DNA of 64,000 bases from Candidatus Multivoradales bacterium. GTDB taxonomy: Bacteria; Acidobacteriota; Thermoanaerobaculia; Multivoradales; Multivoraceae. The position numbers and the translations under genes are program-made. Location of the stretch: contig CBDCWI010000002.1 of the NCBI GenBank assembly GCA_965223325.1, forward strand, positions 832,001 to 896,000, in the 5' to 3' direction. The notes below the pieces were generated by a model that worked only from the letters and a program-made list of their open reading frames with translations, made no database searches and was not told the DNA's origin. The stretch's first letter is position 1; every line of letters begins with the position of its first letter. Shown here one piece after another: positions 38,624-48,838 of the stretch.

Positions 38624-39601
38624 TCAGACGATCGAGCTGCCAATCGAGAGGTCGTTCTCGCGCGCGAACCGTGCGGCAGCGATGGTGTCGCCGTTCTTGA
38701 GCCGCAGGCGCTGAATGCCAAAGACCGTGTTGTTGTTGCACAAAACCGCCAGCCGACCGGAACGCAGTCCGAGGTAGGTGCCGGTGTCGCCGTAGGTGGG
38801 CTTGAGCCACTCGACCGGTGCGCCCTGGACGATCTCTACCCGGCTCGCCTGAATGAAGACCTCGAGCCCCTGATCGGGAAGGTATGCGCGCAGCCGGTTG
38901 TAGACGTCCTTCGACTCCAACCACCAGGGTGGCTTGCGATGCCGTCTGGTGATTCCGGGGCTCTTTGAAGCGCGGCGCTCGTCCTGGCGCTTGGGAGCGA
39001 TCTTCTTTCCTTTGCCCGCCAGCCGATCGACCGTTTCGACCACCAGCTGGGCGCCGAGTTCGAACATGCGAGGCGCCAGCTCACCATAGGTCTCGTCGGG
39101 TTCGATGTCGACTTGCTCCTGGAGCAAGATGGGACCACCCCAGTCTTCGTCTTCCAATTGGAAAGTCGTCACACCGGTTGAACGTTCGCCTTCGGCGAGC
39201 ACCGAACGAATCGGCTCGCCGCCCCGGTAGCGCGGCAGGTAGGACGGATGGAGGCCGACACAACCGAGCCGCGGTACGTCGAGAATCTCCGTTGGGAGGG
39301 GCTCATCCCAATTTGCGGTCAGAACCAGGTCCGGTGGATCGGCGATCAGTTCCTTCACCCACTGGCGGCGATCTTCCTCCTCCGGGTATTTGACCGGAAC
39401 ATCGTTGCGCTTCGCCCAGCGCGCAACCGGCGACGTGCGGGTGCGCTTGCCGGTCTCGGGATCGAGCAGGCGACGGGTGAACACCTGGCTCGGCGTGTAG
39501 CCGGCCTCGACCAGAGCGTTGAGCGCCGCGAGTGCAAAGCGCTGCTCGCCGAAGAAGGCGAGGCGCCCGAGGTCACCCTTCTTTTCTGCCTTACCTGCCA
39601 C
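38624..39601 (-). CDS. Methionyl-tRNA formyltransferase/ArnA-like formyltransferase with divergent active site
   Basis: HPSYLPRYRGGEPI, TGVT, GPILLQ, VYNRLRA. The usual Asn and Asp catalytic positions appear substituted. Confidence 0.75.
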   Translation of the reverse strand: MAGKAEKKGDLGRLAFFGEQRFALAALNALVEAGYTPSQVFTRRLLDPETGKRTRTSPVARWAKRNDVPVKYPEEEDRRQWVKELIADPPDLVLTANWDEPLPTEILDVPRLGCVGLHPSYLPRYRGGEPIRSVLAEGERSTGVTTFQLEDEDWGGPILLQEQVDIEPDETYGELAPRMFELGAQLVVETVDRLAGKGKKIAPKRQDERRASKSPGITRRHRKPPWWLESKDVYNRLRAYLPDQGLEVFIQASRVEIVQGAPVEWLKPTYGDTGTYLGLRSGRLAVLCNNNTVFGIQRLRLKNGDTIAAARFARENDLSIGSSIV

Positions 39602-39779
39602 GTCTTCCCCCTCTAATGCCGGCAGAGGGTATCAGTCCGCCCGTTCGGGTCGCGCAAGCAGCTGTCGGCGCCCTCCTCCCTTCTAGGTGGCCACGCACAA
39701 TTCTTCGCCGCTTCTCACGCCAGACGAGGCCCGCACCCCGAGAGACGGAACCTCTTCGCTAACAACTCCATCGCGGAGA

Positions 39780-40690
39780 CTCGAAATCGCGTTGCCAGTG
39801 AGGCAGATCTTTGACTCCAACTTCGGCTACTAGATGGATCAGGAACGCCCACAGTGCACACTCGCAGCCATCCTCGGAATCACCGACCCTCCGGCCAAGG
39901 CCGTATCTGCCGTTAAAATGGCCTACCAGGTTACCTTCTGCCAGGACACCGTATTCGAATGACGGAGTCTTCTGCTCAGCTTCTGAACAGAAGAGTCCGT
40001 CATGCCCGCTCGAAGCTACCGGTTCTCAAGGTAGGCGCACCTACGCGCCTCGACCGATCAGCCCCTTGACGATCGCCCTTCGTGCAGCGCATAGGGGACA
40101 ACCGCACGGCTCCGGCAAGACGCAGCCGCCTGATACAACCCTACGCGCTCTGCTAGCGGAGACAGCGGCTGCGCCATTTCTGCAGGAGGAGACCACTGCT
40201 GCCAGAACAGTTCAGTACAGTCCTCGCGGGCGCAGCCGTAGTCCGTTGGCTCAGCCGGCCAGACGACAGTGTCGTAGACCTTCGGTCACCACCGGTTGTA
40301 ACTTGGACACTTTCACCGGTTTGGATTGGACACTCGTAGAAGTGTCCGACAGATCGTCGTCGTAGACGCTGTGCGTAAGTGTGTGAAGGGCCGACGGGCG
40401 AGAGCCCGAGGCGCTTTCCAAGGGCTGAGGGAATCTCGGTGACCCGAGTGGCTCAGTCATCGAGAGCTCGGGCTTGTGCCCGGAGATCTCGACACCCACG
40501 GAAAGGAGGCCGAAACCGACTGACGAAAGTGTCCAATCCTCGTCGGTGTTTCTGTCCAAAATGAAATCGGTGTTGACAACGTCGTTCCCTGAGCGTCCAC
40601 CGTGGACGTGACAAAGACCACGCTGACTCCGATCACGAGCAGGGTTCTGGTGACATACCCCCTCAAACGACGATAGGGCCGCGGGCTCAT
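39780..40690 (-). pseudogene. Probable decayed gene for a secreted protein (or a non-coding region)
   Basis: ATG 40690 overlaps the upstream stop (ATGA) and encodes a signal peptide (TLLVIGVSVVFVTSTVDA-Q). After that, only short open segments in changing frames. Confidence 0.4.
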
Positions 40691-41307
40691 CGGTCCAGCC
40701 CCCGCAACGCGTTGTCCAAGGCATCGCGGAAACCAGTGTCGATCCTATTCATCAGTTCGAAATCGGGTCCGCCGGTGGTGAACACGATCGTGCCAGCGCA
40801 TTCGTCTTCGACCGAGGCCTCGATGAGAGAGGTGTCAAACCCCGAGTTACGGAGATCGCGAAGAAACTCGCCGTAGATTCGACCGAGAGAACCCGCTTTC
40901 AAAGCGGCGTGTTCGCGCTGTACCTCGACCACCTCGGCACCCGAGATTTCATCGGCCTTGAAAGCCTCTGTTGCGGCACGTACCTCCGTTGGGGTCTCCT
41001 CTTGCCGCAGGATCTGCATCTCCGTAAGGAATGCGAAGAACCTTCGCTCTTCGGGCTCTCCTTCCTCCAGGCCGATCAGGTCGAGCATCCGTCCGAGGCT
41101 GACTCCGCCGGCCTGATAGCAGAACCTCGCAATCTGCGTGAAGTTATCGAGACACATCGAGAGCGGTAGCTCCTCAGGAGCGTACTCATATGTGTGGGCG
41201 GCATCTATTTCGGGCCGAGATTCACGTGCTCTTTGCTCCTGCGCGGCGGCTGTTGACGCCAAAGCAAGTAGCGACACTCCGATCGTGGCAACAGACGAAA
41301 TCCTCAC
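40687..41307 (-). CDS. Secreted hypothetical protein
   Basis: Clear signal peptide ending AAA-Q; 206 aa, helical and acidic; TTGACA upstream at 41416-41411. Confidence 0.65.
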   Translation of the reverse strand: MRISSVATIGVSLLALASTAAAQEQRARESRPEIDAAHTYEYAPEELPLSMCLDNFTQIARFCYQAGGVSLGRMLDLIGLEEGEPEERRFFAFLTEMQILRQEETPTEVRAATEAFKADEISGAEVVEVQREHAALKAGSLGRIYGEFLRDLRNSGFDTSLIEASVEDECAGTIVFTTGGPDFELMNRIDTGFRDALDNALRGLDR

Positions 41308-41819
41308 ACGGGACTCGTTTCACAGCGTTTTCCTGAGGGGCTCCGGGCTGTTGTCTGACACGGGGAGCGTGAACCGCCCGGAACTTTCCTGTACCGCAGT
41401 CTAAACGATCTGTCAACTCTCTTCGAGACTGTTACAACCCTGCGCGTTGGTGAACCTCCCGAGTGCTACGCCCGTGTGCCTTCCACGACCCGACCGGCAG
41501 CAGCCCTGGAACCAAGCCGCCTTTCTAGAAGGTTGGGCTCTCGGCCACCAACGTCAAGGCTTCTTCGCTGCCGCACCGTCGGTATCTCGGGGGCCGCCAC
41601 TCCTGGCCCTTGAGCCTCCGCCTCACCCGATCGATGATCCCAGGGCGTCTACCAGGCGAAGACTTGTTGTCGGCCGCCCTCGGGAGGAAGCGAAGCGCTC
41701 GTGCCTGTTGAGGAAGCGCTGAGCCGCAGCGTTGGTCGCTCGACTCATGAGAGGTAGCCGAGGACGCGTGTAGGGTAGGCAGAAGCAGGACGCCAACCGA
41801 TCGAACCAGAGGAGCCCGC

Positions 41820-42830
41820 ATGACCGAGCTCGCCCCGGGGATCCCTGGGCATGCCATGGAGACCATTGACAATCGCGGGCTCGAGCAACGGGTTGTCTGC
41901 CTGGGAAGCGGCCCTCTGGTGCTCCTCCTGCACGGCTGGCCCGAATCCTGGTACTCGTGGCGGCACCAGATTCCCACCCTCGCCGCCGCCGGCTACCGGG
42001 TGGTTGCACCCGATATGCGCGGCTACGGTGGAACCGCGGCACCGGCCGAAGTCACCGACTACGACATTCTGCACCTCAAACAAGACATCGACGGTCTGAT
42101 CGATCGTTACGACGAAGGCGACGCGAAGGGGGCCTACGTCATCGGCCATGACTGGGGGTCGATCGTCGCCTGGCAGTACGCCTTGATGACCCCCGAACGC
42201 TGTCGCGGCCTCGCAACGCTCTCGGTGCCCTGGGCCGGCCGCGGGCCGATGTCGTTGGTCGATCTCCTCGAGCGCACCTGGGGGGAGAACTTCTTCTACA
42301 TTCTGTACTTCCAGGAACCCGGCGTCGCCGAGGCCGAATTCGACGCCGATCCCGAGGCGATTCTCAAGCGCCTCTACGTTGCCCCAGGGGTCCGGGTCGG
42401 CGAGCCTGAGGTCACCGACCCGAAGCGTGCGGCCGGCGGCTGGATTCCACGACTCGGGGAACCGCTCGAAGAGCAGGCCTGGCTCAAAGCCTCTGACCTC
42501 GCCTACTACACCGCCGAGTTCACCCGCGCCGGCTTTCGTGGCGGCATCAACTACTACCGCAACTTCCGGCGCAACTGGGAGCTCATCGAGCCCTGGGCGG
42601 AGGAGAAGATCAGGCCCGCGACGCTCTTCCTCGCCGGGTCCCACGATCAGGTCTTGATGGGGCGCGACCGCGACGGGCTCTTCGAGTTGATGGGGCCAGT
42701 CGTCCTGGACCTGCGCGATGTCACGCTCTTGCCGGGGGCCGGCCACTGGATTCAACAAGAGCGGCCCCGCGAAGTCAGCCAGCACCTGATCGCGTTTCTC
42801 GACGCGCTCGAGAAGTCGCGCTCGGCGTGA
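41820..42830 (+). CDS. Alpha/beta-fold epoxide hydrolase
   Basis: HGWPESWYSWRHQ, PDMRGYG, GHDWG, NYYRN, GHWIQQE. Confidence 0.92.
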   Translation: MTELAPGIPGHAMETIDNRGLEQRVVCLGSGPLVLLLHGWPESWYSWRHQIPTLAAAGYRVVAPDMRGYGGTAAPAEVTDYDILHLKQDIDGLIDRYDEGDAKGAYVIGHDWGSIVAWQYALMTPERCRGLATLSVPWAGRGPMSLVDLLERTWGENFFYILYFQEPGVAEAEFDADPEAILKRLYVAPGVRVGEPEVTDPKRAAGGWIPRLGEPLEEQAWLKASDLAYYTAEFTRAGFRGGINYYRNFRRNWELIEPWAEEKIRPATLFLAGSHDQVLMGRDRDGLFELMGPVVLDLRDVTLLPGAGHWIQQERPREVSQHLIAFLDALEKSRSA

Positions 42831-44347
42831 TTCAAACCGCATCTTCACCTCCGACCCGTGGCGGCCTCGACGCCTGGGTCGACGAGAAGTTTCAGCCGCT
42901 CGCCGAGGGGCTCTCTGACGTCGTCTTCTTCGAAGTCACCCTTCTCGGCCAGCCGGTTCAAGTCGTGGTTCTGTGGCTGATCGTCGCAGCACTTTGGTTC
43001 ACGATCTCTTTTCGCTTCATCAACCTTCGCGGCTTCGCCGAAGGTGTGCGCCTGGTGACTGGGCGTGGCACCCGCATCCCGGGCGAGGACAAGGCTCTTG
43101 TCCAGCCGGGCCAGGTCAGCCACTTCCAGGCCCTGGCGACTGCGGTCTCGGGAACTGTCGGGGTCGGCAACATCGCCCATGTCGCGATCGCGGTCTCGGT
43201 GGGCGGTCCGGGCGCGATCTTCTGGATGGTGATGGCCGGCTTCCTGGGCATGTCGTCGAAGTTCGTCGAATGCACCCTGGGCGTTGTGTACCGGGTCGAA
43301 GATGACGACGGCCAGGTGCTCGGCGGCCCGATGTTCTATCTCAGCCGCGGTCTCAGAGAGCGCGGCTTGCCACGACTCGGCAGTTCGTTGGCCATGTACT
43401 ACGCCTTCTGCGTGATGATCGGAAGCCTCGGGATCGGCTGCATGTTCCAGGCGAACCAGGCCTACGCCCAGTTCAACGACATCACCGGTGGTGCCGAAGG
43501 ACCGCTCGCGGAGCGCGGCTGGCTCTTCGGCGTGGTTCTGGCTCTCATTGTGGCGGTAGTGATTGTCGGCGGAATCCAGAGCATCGCTCGCGTGACCTCG
43601 AAGCTGGTGCCAGGGATGGCGTTGACCTATCTCTTGTGCGCCTGGTTCGTCATTGCCTCAGACATCGAGCGGGTCCCGGCAGCGTTGGCCGCGATCGTCG
43701 CCGGTGCCTTCGAACCCGAGGGTTTCGCGGGCGGCATGTTGGGCGTCATGACTCTGGGCTTTCTGCGCGCGGCGTTCTCCAACGAGGCCGGCATTGGCTC
43801 AGCTTCCATCGCCCACGCCGCCGTGCGCACCCGCGAGCCGGTCACCGAAGGGTTCGTCGCCATTCTCGAACCGTTCATCGATACGGTGGTGGTGTGCGCG
43901 ACCACCGGCATGGTGATCGTTGTCTCAGGTGTCAAACGACCGGGGGTCTCCGGTGTCGAGCTGACCTCAGATGCCTTCGCCCAGGTGGTTCCCTGGTTCC
44001 CGGTGGTGCTGGCTCTGGTGGTCGCCCTGTTTGCCTTCTCGACGATCATTTCGTGGTCGTACTACGGGCTTGCCGGCTGGCTCTACATTCTCGGCCGTGG
44101 CCGTCGCACCGACGACGCCGGCAACGTAACGACCGAGGGGCCGCGCCCGCGGGGCCTGGCCGCGCAGTCCTTCAACCTGCTGTTTTGTGTCTTCGTCGCA
44201 CTCGGTTGCATGACCTCGCTCGACAACCTGCTCGACTTCTCAGACGCCATGGTATTCGCCATGGCCTTCGCCAATGTGCTAGGGCTCTACCTTCTGGCGC
44301 CGGTGGTGCGCGCCGAGTTGGCGGACTACTGGGCGAAGCGCGGCTAG
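42827..44347 (+). CDS. Alanine/glycine:cation symporter (AGCS/AlsT family)
   Basis: SGTVGVGNI, GGPGAIFWM, GGPMFY, FSNEAGIGSA, EPFIDT, FAFSTIISWSYYG. Confidence 0.93.
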   Translation: MIQTASSPPTRGGLDAWVDEKFQPLAEGLSDVVFFEVTLLGQPVQVVVLWLIVAALWFTISFRFINLRGFAEGVRLVTGRGTRIPGEDKALVQPGQVSHFQALATAVSGTVGVGNIAHVAIAVSVGGPGAIFWMVMAGFLGMSSKFVECTLGVVYRVEDDDGQVLGGPMFYLSRGLRERGLPRLGSSLAMYYAFCVMIGSLGIGCMFQANQAYAQFNDITGGAEGPLAERGWLFGVVLALIVAVVIVGGIQSIARVTSKLVPGMALTYLLCAWFVIASDIERVPAALAAIVAGAFEPEGFAGGMLGVMTLGFLRAAFSNEAGIGSASIAHAAVRTREPVTEGFVAILEPFIDTVVVCATTGMVIVVSGVKRPGVSGVELTSDAFAQVVPWFPVVLALVVALFAFSTIISWSYYGLAGWLYILGRGRRTDDAGNVTTEGPRPRGLAAQSFNLLFCVFVALGCMTSLDNLLDFSDAMVFAMAFANVLGLYLLAPVVRAELADYWAKRG

Positions 44348-45678
44348 GCCTGGGCGCGCACCCGAATGTGGTCGCCGGCTTCGGAGAGATCAGGGATTCC
44401 CAACTGACCCTCACTCGCGGCCACCACCGTGGCGACGGTAGCGTCACCGGTGACGTTGGTGACCGTGCGCAGCATGTCGAGAATGCGGTCGACGCCGAGG
44501 ATGAGGGCGATGCCGGCGCTGGGCACGCCGATCGACTGCAGGATGATGACCAACATGATGATGCCGGCTCCCGGCACGGCCGCCGTCCCGATCGAGGCCA
44601 GCACCGCAGTGAGAACGATCGTCAACTGGCCGGCGAGACCGATGTCCATCCCCATCGCCTGGGCGATGAACACCGCTGCGACCGCCTGGTAGAGAGCGGT
44701 ACCGTCCATGTTGATGGTCGCACCCAGAGGCAGCACGAACGACGAGACCTCCTCCGAAACGCCGAGTTTCTCTTCGCAGCGTTCCATGGTCACCGGCAGG
44801 GTCGCGCCGCTCGAACTGGTCGAGAACGCCACCAGCTGCGCCGGCGCCATGCCCGCCAGGAAAGTCTTCATCTTCATCGGCGTCAGGAACTTGAGCAGCA
44901 GGCCATAAGTGAACGCGGTGTGCACGAACAGCCCGAGCACCACCGCCAGACAGTAGAAACCGAGAGCGGCCAGGAGGTCGAGGATCTGCCCCAGGTCGTC
45001 GCCAGCGAGACCCGTAATGGTACGCGCAATGAGCGCAAAAACACCCAGCGGAGCCATCAGCATGATCAGGTCGACCAGGCGAATCACTACCTCGTTCGCC
45101 GACTCGAGAAGATCGAGCAACGGTTTGGCGCGCTCCGGTGCGAGCTGGATCAGACCGATCCCCACGAACAGCGACACGAACACCACCTGCAGCATGTTGC
45201 GGTTGCTTGACGCCGAGGCAAAGAAGTTCGACGGCACGATGTCGACCAGGATCTGGAGCGGGCCACGCTCTGCCGCATCGCTCGCTGCCGCTTCGCGCAT
45301 GCTGACGTCGCCGGCAAACTGTTCCTGGAGCTGGTTCTGGGCCTCGGCGGGGACACGGTGACCGGGCTGCATGAGGTTGACGATCAGAAGACCAAGGGTG
45401 ACCGCAACGGCGGTCGTGCCGATGTAGATCGCGATCGTCTTGCCACCGATGCGAGACAGCTTGCGAAGATCGGAAAGCGACGCGACGCCGCCGATCAGCG
45501 ACACGATCACCAGTGGTACTGCAATCAGTTGCAGAGCGTTGATGAAGATCGTACCGAAGGGTGAGATCCAGTCGGCGGTGAAGCCACCCCATCCCTGGGC
45601 AGCCGCGACCAGGCCATAGATGAGGCCAAGGATCATGCCGACGATGATCTGCCAGTGCAGCTTGCGGTACCAGGCCAT
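44344..45678 (-). CDS. Dicarboxylate/amino acid:cation symporter (GltP/DAACS)
   Basis: AFSTSSSGATLP, PLGATINMDGTALY, ASIGTAAVPGAG, DRILDMLRTVTNVTGD. Confidence 0.95.
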   Translation of the reverse strand: MAWYRKLHWQIIVGMILGLIYGLVAAAQGWGGFTADWISPFGTIFINALQLIAVPLVIVSLIGGVASLSDLRKLSRIGGKTIAIYIGTTAVAVTLGLLIVNLMQPGHRVPAEAQNQLQEQFAGDVSMREAAASDAAERGPLQILVDIVPSNFFASASSNRNMLQVVFVSLFVGIGLIQLAPERAKPLLDLLESANEVVIRLVDLIMLMAPLGVFALIARTITGLAGDDLGQILDLLAALGFYCLAVVLGLFVHTAFTYGLLLKFLTPMKMKTFLAGMAPAQLVAFSTSSSGATLPVTMERCEEKLGVSEEVSSFVLPLGATINMDGTALYQAVAAVFIAQAMGMDIGLAGQLTIVLTAVLASIGTAAVPGAGIIMLVIILQSIGVPSAGIALILGVDRILDMLRTVTNVTGDATVATVVAASEGQLGIPDLSEAGDHIRVRAQA

Positions 45679-45781
45679 CAGGGGGCGCCCTTCGAAGAAA
45701 CGGGTGTCGTAGTGGGATCCACCGCAACCTACCAAAGCCAGCTATCCTAAAAGCCTCTACCAACCAGAAGGAACCGACCGC

Positions 45782-46378
45782 ATGCCGCCAGTGATCTCGG
45801 ACGAAGCCCTGGACGTACTCTTCCGCGACGCCCGCAGCCAGAATGGCTGGCGCCCGAAAGATATCGACGATGGTGTCCTCGATGAGCTCCACAACATCAT
45901 GAAATGGGGGCCAACGAGCGCCAACGGCTGGCCCATGCGAACCGTTTTCGTACGCTCACCCGAGGCGAAGGCAAAGCTTGCGGCGACCGCTATGGAAGGC
46001 AACCAGAAGAAGATTCTGGCGGCTCCGGTGACCGCGATTCTGGCTAATGACTTCGCCTTCTTCGAGCGCATGGACACCCTCTTCCCACACAATCCGGGGA
46101 TGGCTGAGATGTTTGCCGGCAACGCGGAGCTTGCGGAGATCACCGCGCTGCGCAACGGAACGCTGCAGGCCGCCTACTTCATGATCGCCGCACGCGCTCT
46201 CGGGCTCGATTGCGGTCCGATGTCAGGGTTCGACAACGCCGCCTGCGACCAGGCGTTCTTCAGCGAAACACCAGAGGTGCGCTCGAACTTCATCTGCAGC
46301 CTCGGCTACGGCGACCCGGCGGCTCTGTTTCCCCGACTGCCGCGGCCAGAGTTCGACGACGTCTGCCGCACCGAGTAA
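45782..46378 (+). CDS. rutE: Malonic semialdehyde reductase (RutE-type nitroreductase)
   Basis: LFRDARSQN, KWGPTSAN, RNGTLQAAY..ARALGLDCGPMSGFD, PRLPR. Confidence 0.88.
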   Translation: MPPVISDEALDVLFRDARSQNGWRPKDIDDGVLDELHNIMKWGPTSANGWPMRTVFVRSPEAKAKLAATAMEGNQKKILAAPVTAILANDFAFFERMDTLFPHNPGMAEMFAGNAELAEITALRNGTLQAAYFMIAARALGLDCGPMSGFDNAACDQAFFSETPEVRSNFICSLGYGDPAALFPRLPRPEFDDVCRTE

Positions 46379-46408
46379 GGCGGCGACTGCCCTCCCCTTC
46401 GGACCGCC

Positions 46409-47224
46409 ATGCAAGACCGGCAAGCGGAAGATTTCCACTACGAGCTCGAAACGCGTCTTGCCGAGCGTTTGCGAGCGGCCGCCCCTGCTGAGCGTCAAGC
46501 GCTCTACGGCGAGGTCTACGACGAGCTCTACCGGCAGTTGACCGACAAAGGTCTCGGCCACCGCGTGGCGCAAAACGCACCTGGCCAGACGGAGTTGCTG
46601 CTCACGCTGCTCGCCCCTTTTCTCGAGGGCACGCGTGTCTTCGTTGAGTTCGGTGCCGGCGACGGCGGGCTGGCCGAGCGGGTCGCTGAACACGTGCCGA
46701 CGGTGTGGGCGGTTGACTCCTCGGCCGAGGCCGCCCGAGAGGCCGACTCTGGGGTTCGCAAGCGAACCCCGGAAGTTGCGCGTCTCGAGATCGCTCCCGC
46801 CTCGGTCGACCTGGCCTTCAGTTGCCACCTGGTCGAGCACCTTCATCCGGACGACCTGCCCGGCCACCTCAGCGAGGTGCATCGCCAGCTCTGTCCCGGC
46901 GGTCGATACATCGTTGTGACGCCGAACCGCCTGCTCGGTCCGCACGACGTCTCACGCGGTCGCGACCCAGTACCACGCGGTCTTCACCTGGCGGAGTACG
47001 ACCACGGTCAGCTGGCCAGGGCACTCCGAGGCGCGGGGTTTCAGAAAGTGCAGGCGCTCATCGGAATCGGCACGGCACCGCGAACCTCCGGGGTCCTTGC
47101 GCTCACCCTCCTCGAAGGGGCGCTGGCCACACTTCCCCGCCGGCTGCGGGCTGGTCTCTTGGGCCGTTTCGGTCGGCAACCTCATCGCCCGCTCGAACAG
47201 GTCAAGCTGGTCGCAACGCGGTAG
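46409..47224 (+). CDS. Class I SAM-dependent methyltransferase
   Basis: VEFGAGDG, LVEHLHPDD, PGG.Y..TPNRL.GPHD. Confidence 0.82.
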   Translation: MQDRQAEDFHYELETRLAERLRAAAPAERQALYGEVYDELYRQLTDKGLGHRVAQNAPGQTELLLTLLAPFLEGTRVFVEFGAGDGGLAERVAEHVPTVWAVDSSAEAAREADSGVRKRTPEVARLEIAPASVDLAFSCHLVEHLHPDDLPGHLSEVHRQLCPGGRYIVVTPNRLLGPHDVSRGRDPVPRGLHLAEYDHGQLARALRGAGFQKVQALIGIGTAPRTSGVLALTLLEGALATLPRRLRAGLLGRFGRQPHRPLEQVKLVATR

Positions 47225-47287
47225 CAGCCATGCGGCAGTTCATGTGAGATCCTGCCGTCACATCAAGCAACCCGGAAACGAGAGCCC

Positions 47288-48838
47288 ATGAGCTGGCAGG
47301 ACGAGATTGAAGAACTGAAGCGCCGCCAGGCGCTGGCCTTCGAAATGGGTGGCGAAGAAAAGGTCGATCGCCAGCACTACTACGGCAAGCTGACCATTCG
47401 CGAACGCGTTGCGCAAATGGTCGACCCCGGGACCTTCCGCGAGATCGGCACTCTCGCCGGGGCAGCGCGCTACGACGACAAGGGCGAAATGATCGCCTTC
47501 ACACCCTCGAACTTCGTTTTCGGCACCGCGCGCATCGACGAACGGCCGGTGGTCATTTCGGGCGACGACTTCACGGTTCGCGGCGGCTCTTCGGAGGCTT
47601 CGATTCCCGCCAAGCGCTTGCAGTCGGAAGGACTGGCCGTCGAGCTCGGGCTGCCGCACGTGCGTTTGATCGACGGCATGGGCGGCGGCGGCTCGGTCAA
47701 GACGATCGAGATGGCCGGCCGCACCTACATCCCCGAGATCCGCGGTTGGGAGACTGTCGTCGAGCACCTGGCGGTCGCCCCGTCGGTCGCGCTCGCGCTG
47801 GGCTCGGTCGCCGGGCTGGGGGCGGCGCGGGTGGCTACGAGCCACTACTCGCTGATCGTGCGCGACACGGCGCAGATGATGATCGCCGGCCCGGCTCTCG
47901 TCGAAGGAGCGGGCGGCGGCACGGTTTCGAAAGAGGAGCTCGGCCACGCCCGCGTGCACACCTCGAACGGCGCCATCGACGATGCCGTGGCAAGCGAGGC
48001 CGAGGCTTTCGAGCGCACCAGGCGTTTCCTGTCGTACCTGCCGCAGAACGTCTCCGAACTGCCGCCCCGTGCAACAACGGGCGACGACCGACAGCGAACG
48101 GACCCCGAGCTGCTGGACATCGTGCCGCGCGATCCGCGGCGCACCTACAAGATGCGTCGCATTCTCGAGTCCGTCTTCGACCAGGGCTCCTTCTTCGAAA
48201 TCGGCCGCGCCTGGGGGCGCTCGATCATCACCGGCCTCGCCCACCTCGACGGCCACCCGGTGGCGGTCTTCGCCGAGGATGTCAACCACTACGGTGGCGG
48301 CTGGACAGCCGACTCGTGCCGCAAGCTCATCCGCCATATCGATCTGGCGTCGACCTTTCACTTGCCACTGGTTCATCTCGAAGACTGCCCCGGCTTTGTC
48401 ATCGGCAAGCAAGCCGAGGAACAGGCCACCATCCGTTTTGGATCGCAAGCTCTGGCCGCCCTCGGCCAGTCGACGACACCGTTCTGCTGCGTGGTCATCA
48501 GGAAAGCCTTCGGGGTCGCAGGTGCCGCCAACCGCAAGCCCGGCTCGCATCACCTTCGGATGGCCTGGCCTTCGGGCGACTGGGGGTCGCTACCGATCGA
48601 GGGTGGCATCGAGGTCGCCTACAAGGCCGAGCTCGCCGAAGTCGATGACTACGACGCCCACCTGGCCGAGATCATCGAGCGACTGAACCGCACCCGATCC
48701 CCGTTTCGTTCTGCCGAACACTTCGAGATCGAAAACATCATCGACCCGCGCGAGACCCGTCAGCACCTGTGTGACTGGGTCCAGCTCGCCGCCGCTGCCA
48801 CCAGGCCGGGCCGTCAAGCGTTTACCTACCGTCCTTGA
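47288..48838 (+). CDS. Acyl-CoA carboxylase carboxyltransferase subunit
   Basis: MGGEEKV.RQ..GKLTIRER, DDFTVRGGS, AGP..V, DCPGFVIG, IIDPRETR. Confidence 0.92.
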   Translation: MSWQDEIEELKRRQALAFEMGGEEKVDRQHYYGKLTIRERVAQMVDPGTFREIGTLAGAARYDDKGEMIAFTPSNFVFGTARIDERPVVISGDDFTVRGGSSEASIPAKRLQSEGLAVELGLPHVRLIDGMGGGGSVKTIEMAGRTYIPEIRGWETVVEHLAVAPSVALALGSVAGLGAARVATSHYSLIVRDTAQMMIAGPALVEGAGGGTVSKEELGHARVHTSNGAIDDAVASEAEAFERTRRFLSYLPQNVSELPPRATTGDDRQRTDPELLDIVPRDPRRTYKMRRILESVFDQGSFFEIGRAWGRSIITGLAHLDGHPVAVFAEDVNHYGGGWTADSCRKLIRHIDLASTFHLPLVHLEDCPGFVIGKQAEEQATIRFGSQALAALGQSTTPFCCVVIRKAFGVAGAANRKPGSHHLRMAWPSGDWGSLPIEGGIEVAYKAELAEVDDYDAHLAEIIERLNRTRSPFRSAEHFEIENIIDPRETRQHLCDWVQLAAAATRPGRQAFTYRP

